A DNA stretch of 64,000 nucleotides from Phyllosticta citribraziliensis (Eukaryota). Position 1 is the stretch's first letter, and every line of letters starts with the position of its first letter. The DNA is taken from positions 1-64,000 of the forward strand of contig NW_027117355.1 in the NCBI RefSeq assembly GCF_038025025.1, written 5' to 3'. Both the position numbers and the translations under genes were made by a program. The notes beneath the pieces were generated by a model. It did not search any database, was not told the origin of the DNA, and saw only the letters and a program-made list of their open reading frames with translations. Positions 63,001 through 64,000 of the stretch are shown one piece after another.

Positions 63001-64000
63001 ACACTGCTGAGAATGAGGGCCATGATGGTGTTGCCAAAGAGCTGGGTTGCGGTGATGCTCGGATCACCCTTGAGACGCTGAAAGCCACGCCAAAGACACA
63101 GCCGCACCTGCTTGCCATACGAGAGCGTGTAGGGCGACTTGACACGCTGGCCCCTGGATTGCTGAGCCTTGCGGCTCTCCTTGAACCTCTCGAGGTACTC
63201 GCCGCCGATCTGATATTTCTTGTCGTAGTCGTCTATGTCGCGCAAGAGCTTGGCGCGCTCTTGGCTGGCCTTCCAGCGCTGAGCAAACTCTTGTGGGGTT
63301 CGGGGGACCTTGTCGTCCCAGCCGGAGCGGACGACACGTTCTTGGGGCGAAGTCATGGACGTCAAAAAGTCGGGCGTGGTCTGGCGATCTGGGCAGTCGA
63401 AGCCCATGTTGATGAAATACTGCTTGGCTTCCTCTGCGCGGCCAAAGTAGATTTGGTAGCCCTCGTACAGGACAATGACCTTGTCGAAAATGTCATATGC
63501 CGACTGCGGGGCCTGGTAGATGGAGACGCAGGCAGTGCAGCCCATCAAGTCGGTCTGCATGCGGAGCGTCTTGCAAAACTCAATGGCGTTGGCGGAGTCG
63601 AGACCTCGAGTCGAGTTGTCCCAGCACTGCAGGGGAGCCTGGGAAAGGGTGGCCTCGGCAATCGACACACGCTTGCGCTCACCGCCGGATACACCACGGA
63701 CAAAGTCGTTTCCTACACGCGTGTTGACGGTGTGGGAGATGCCGTACATGGCCATGACGACGTCCCTCATGTGGTTGGCGTAGGTCCACTTGTCGACATC
63801 GCCAGGGGTATTTCTGGGGGCTCGGGCGCGAGCAGCAAAAGCGAGGGTGTCACCAACGGTCATGTTGGGGAAATGGACGTCGACCTCGGCCGTGTAAATG
63901 GCCTCGCCACGGAAATGCTTGTGCATGCTCTTTCTGCTGATTCCCTGGTAGTTGAGGTACGAGTCGTTTTCGATCTCGAAGCCGTGCGTCTCGCCAGACA
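60036..64000 (-). CDS. PDR-type (ABCG) multidrug ABC transporter, 5' part beyond the window
   Basis: [71 protein letters not shown]. Confidence 0.97.

Overview
Genomic DNA of a filamentous ascomycete (spliceosomal GT..CTRAC..AG introns, TTAGGG-type telomere repeat, RIP-like AT-rich DNA), with about 26 supportable protein-coding genes. At 3489-3620 a perfect (CCCTAA)22 array, oriented as a left chromosome end, is joined directly to a 5'-truncated ECT1 gene and followed by a 1.56-kb RIP-like AT-rich block. This is either an assembly join or a real chromosome fusion. Just inside this end is a compact cluster of two divergent gene pairs: NRPS-like A-T-R reductase <> NCS1 permease, and dihydropyrimidinase/hydantoinase <> intronless D-carbamoylase/hydantoin-racemase fusion. 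Together these look like a fungal equivalent of the bacterial hyu hydantoin-utilisation set, and the two promoters share motifs. A secreted nucleoside hydrolase and orphan genes follow, then ordinary core genes (GABA-type permease, TRAX, GPI14, TFB1, RRF1, PDR ABC transporter). A 9-10-nt motif, (C)GAATGCTCC, is strongly over-represented across the window, almost always in non-coding DNA. All calls are by eye from motifs; no database search was run, and exon boundaries are manual.
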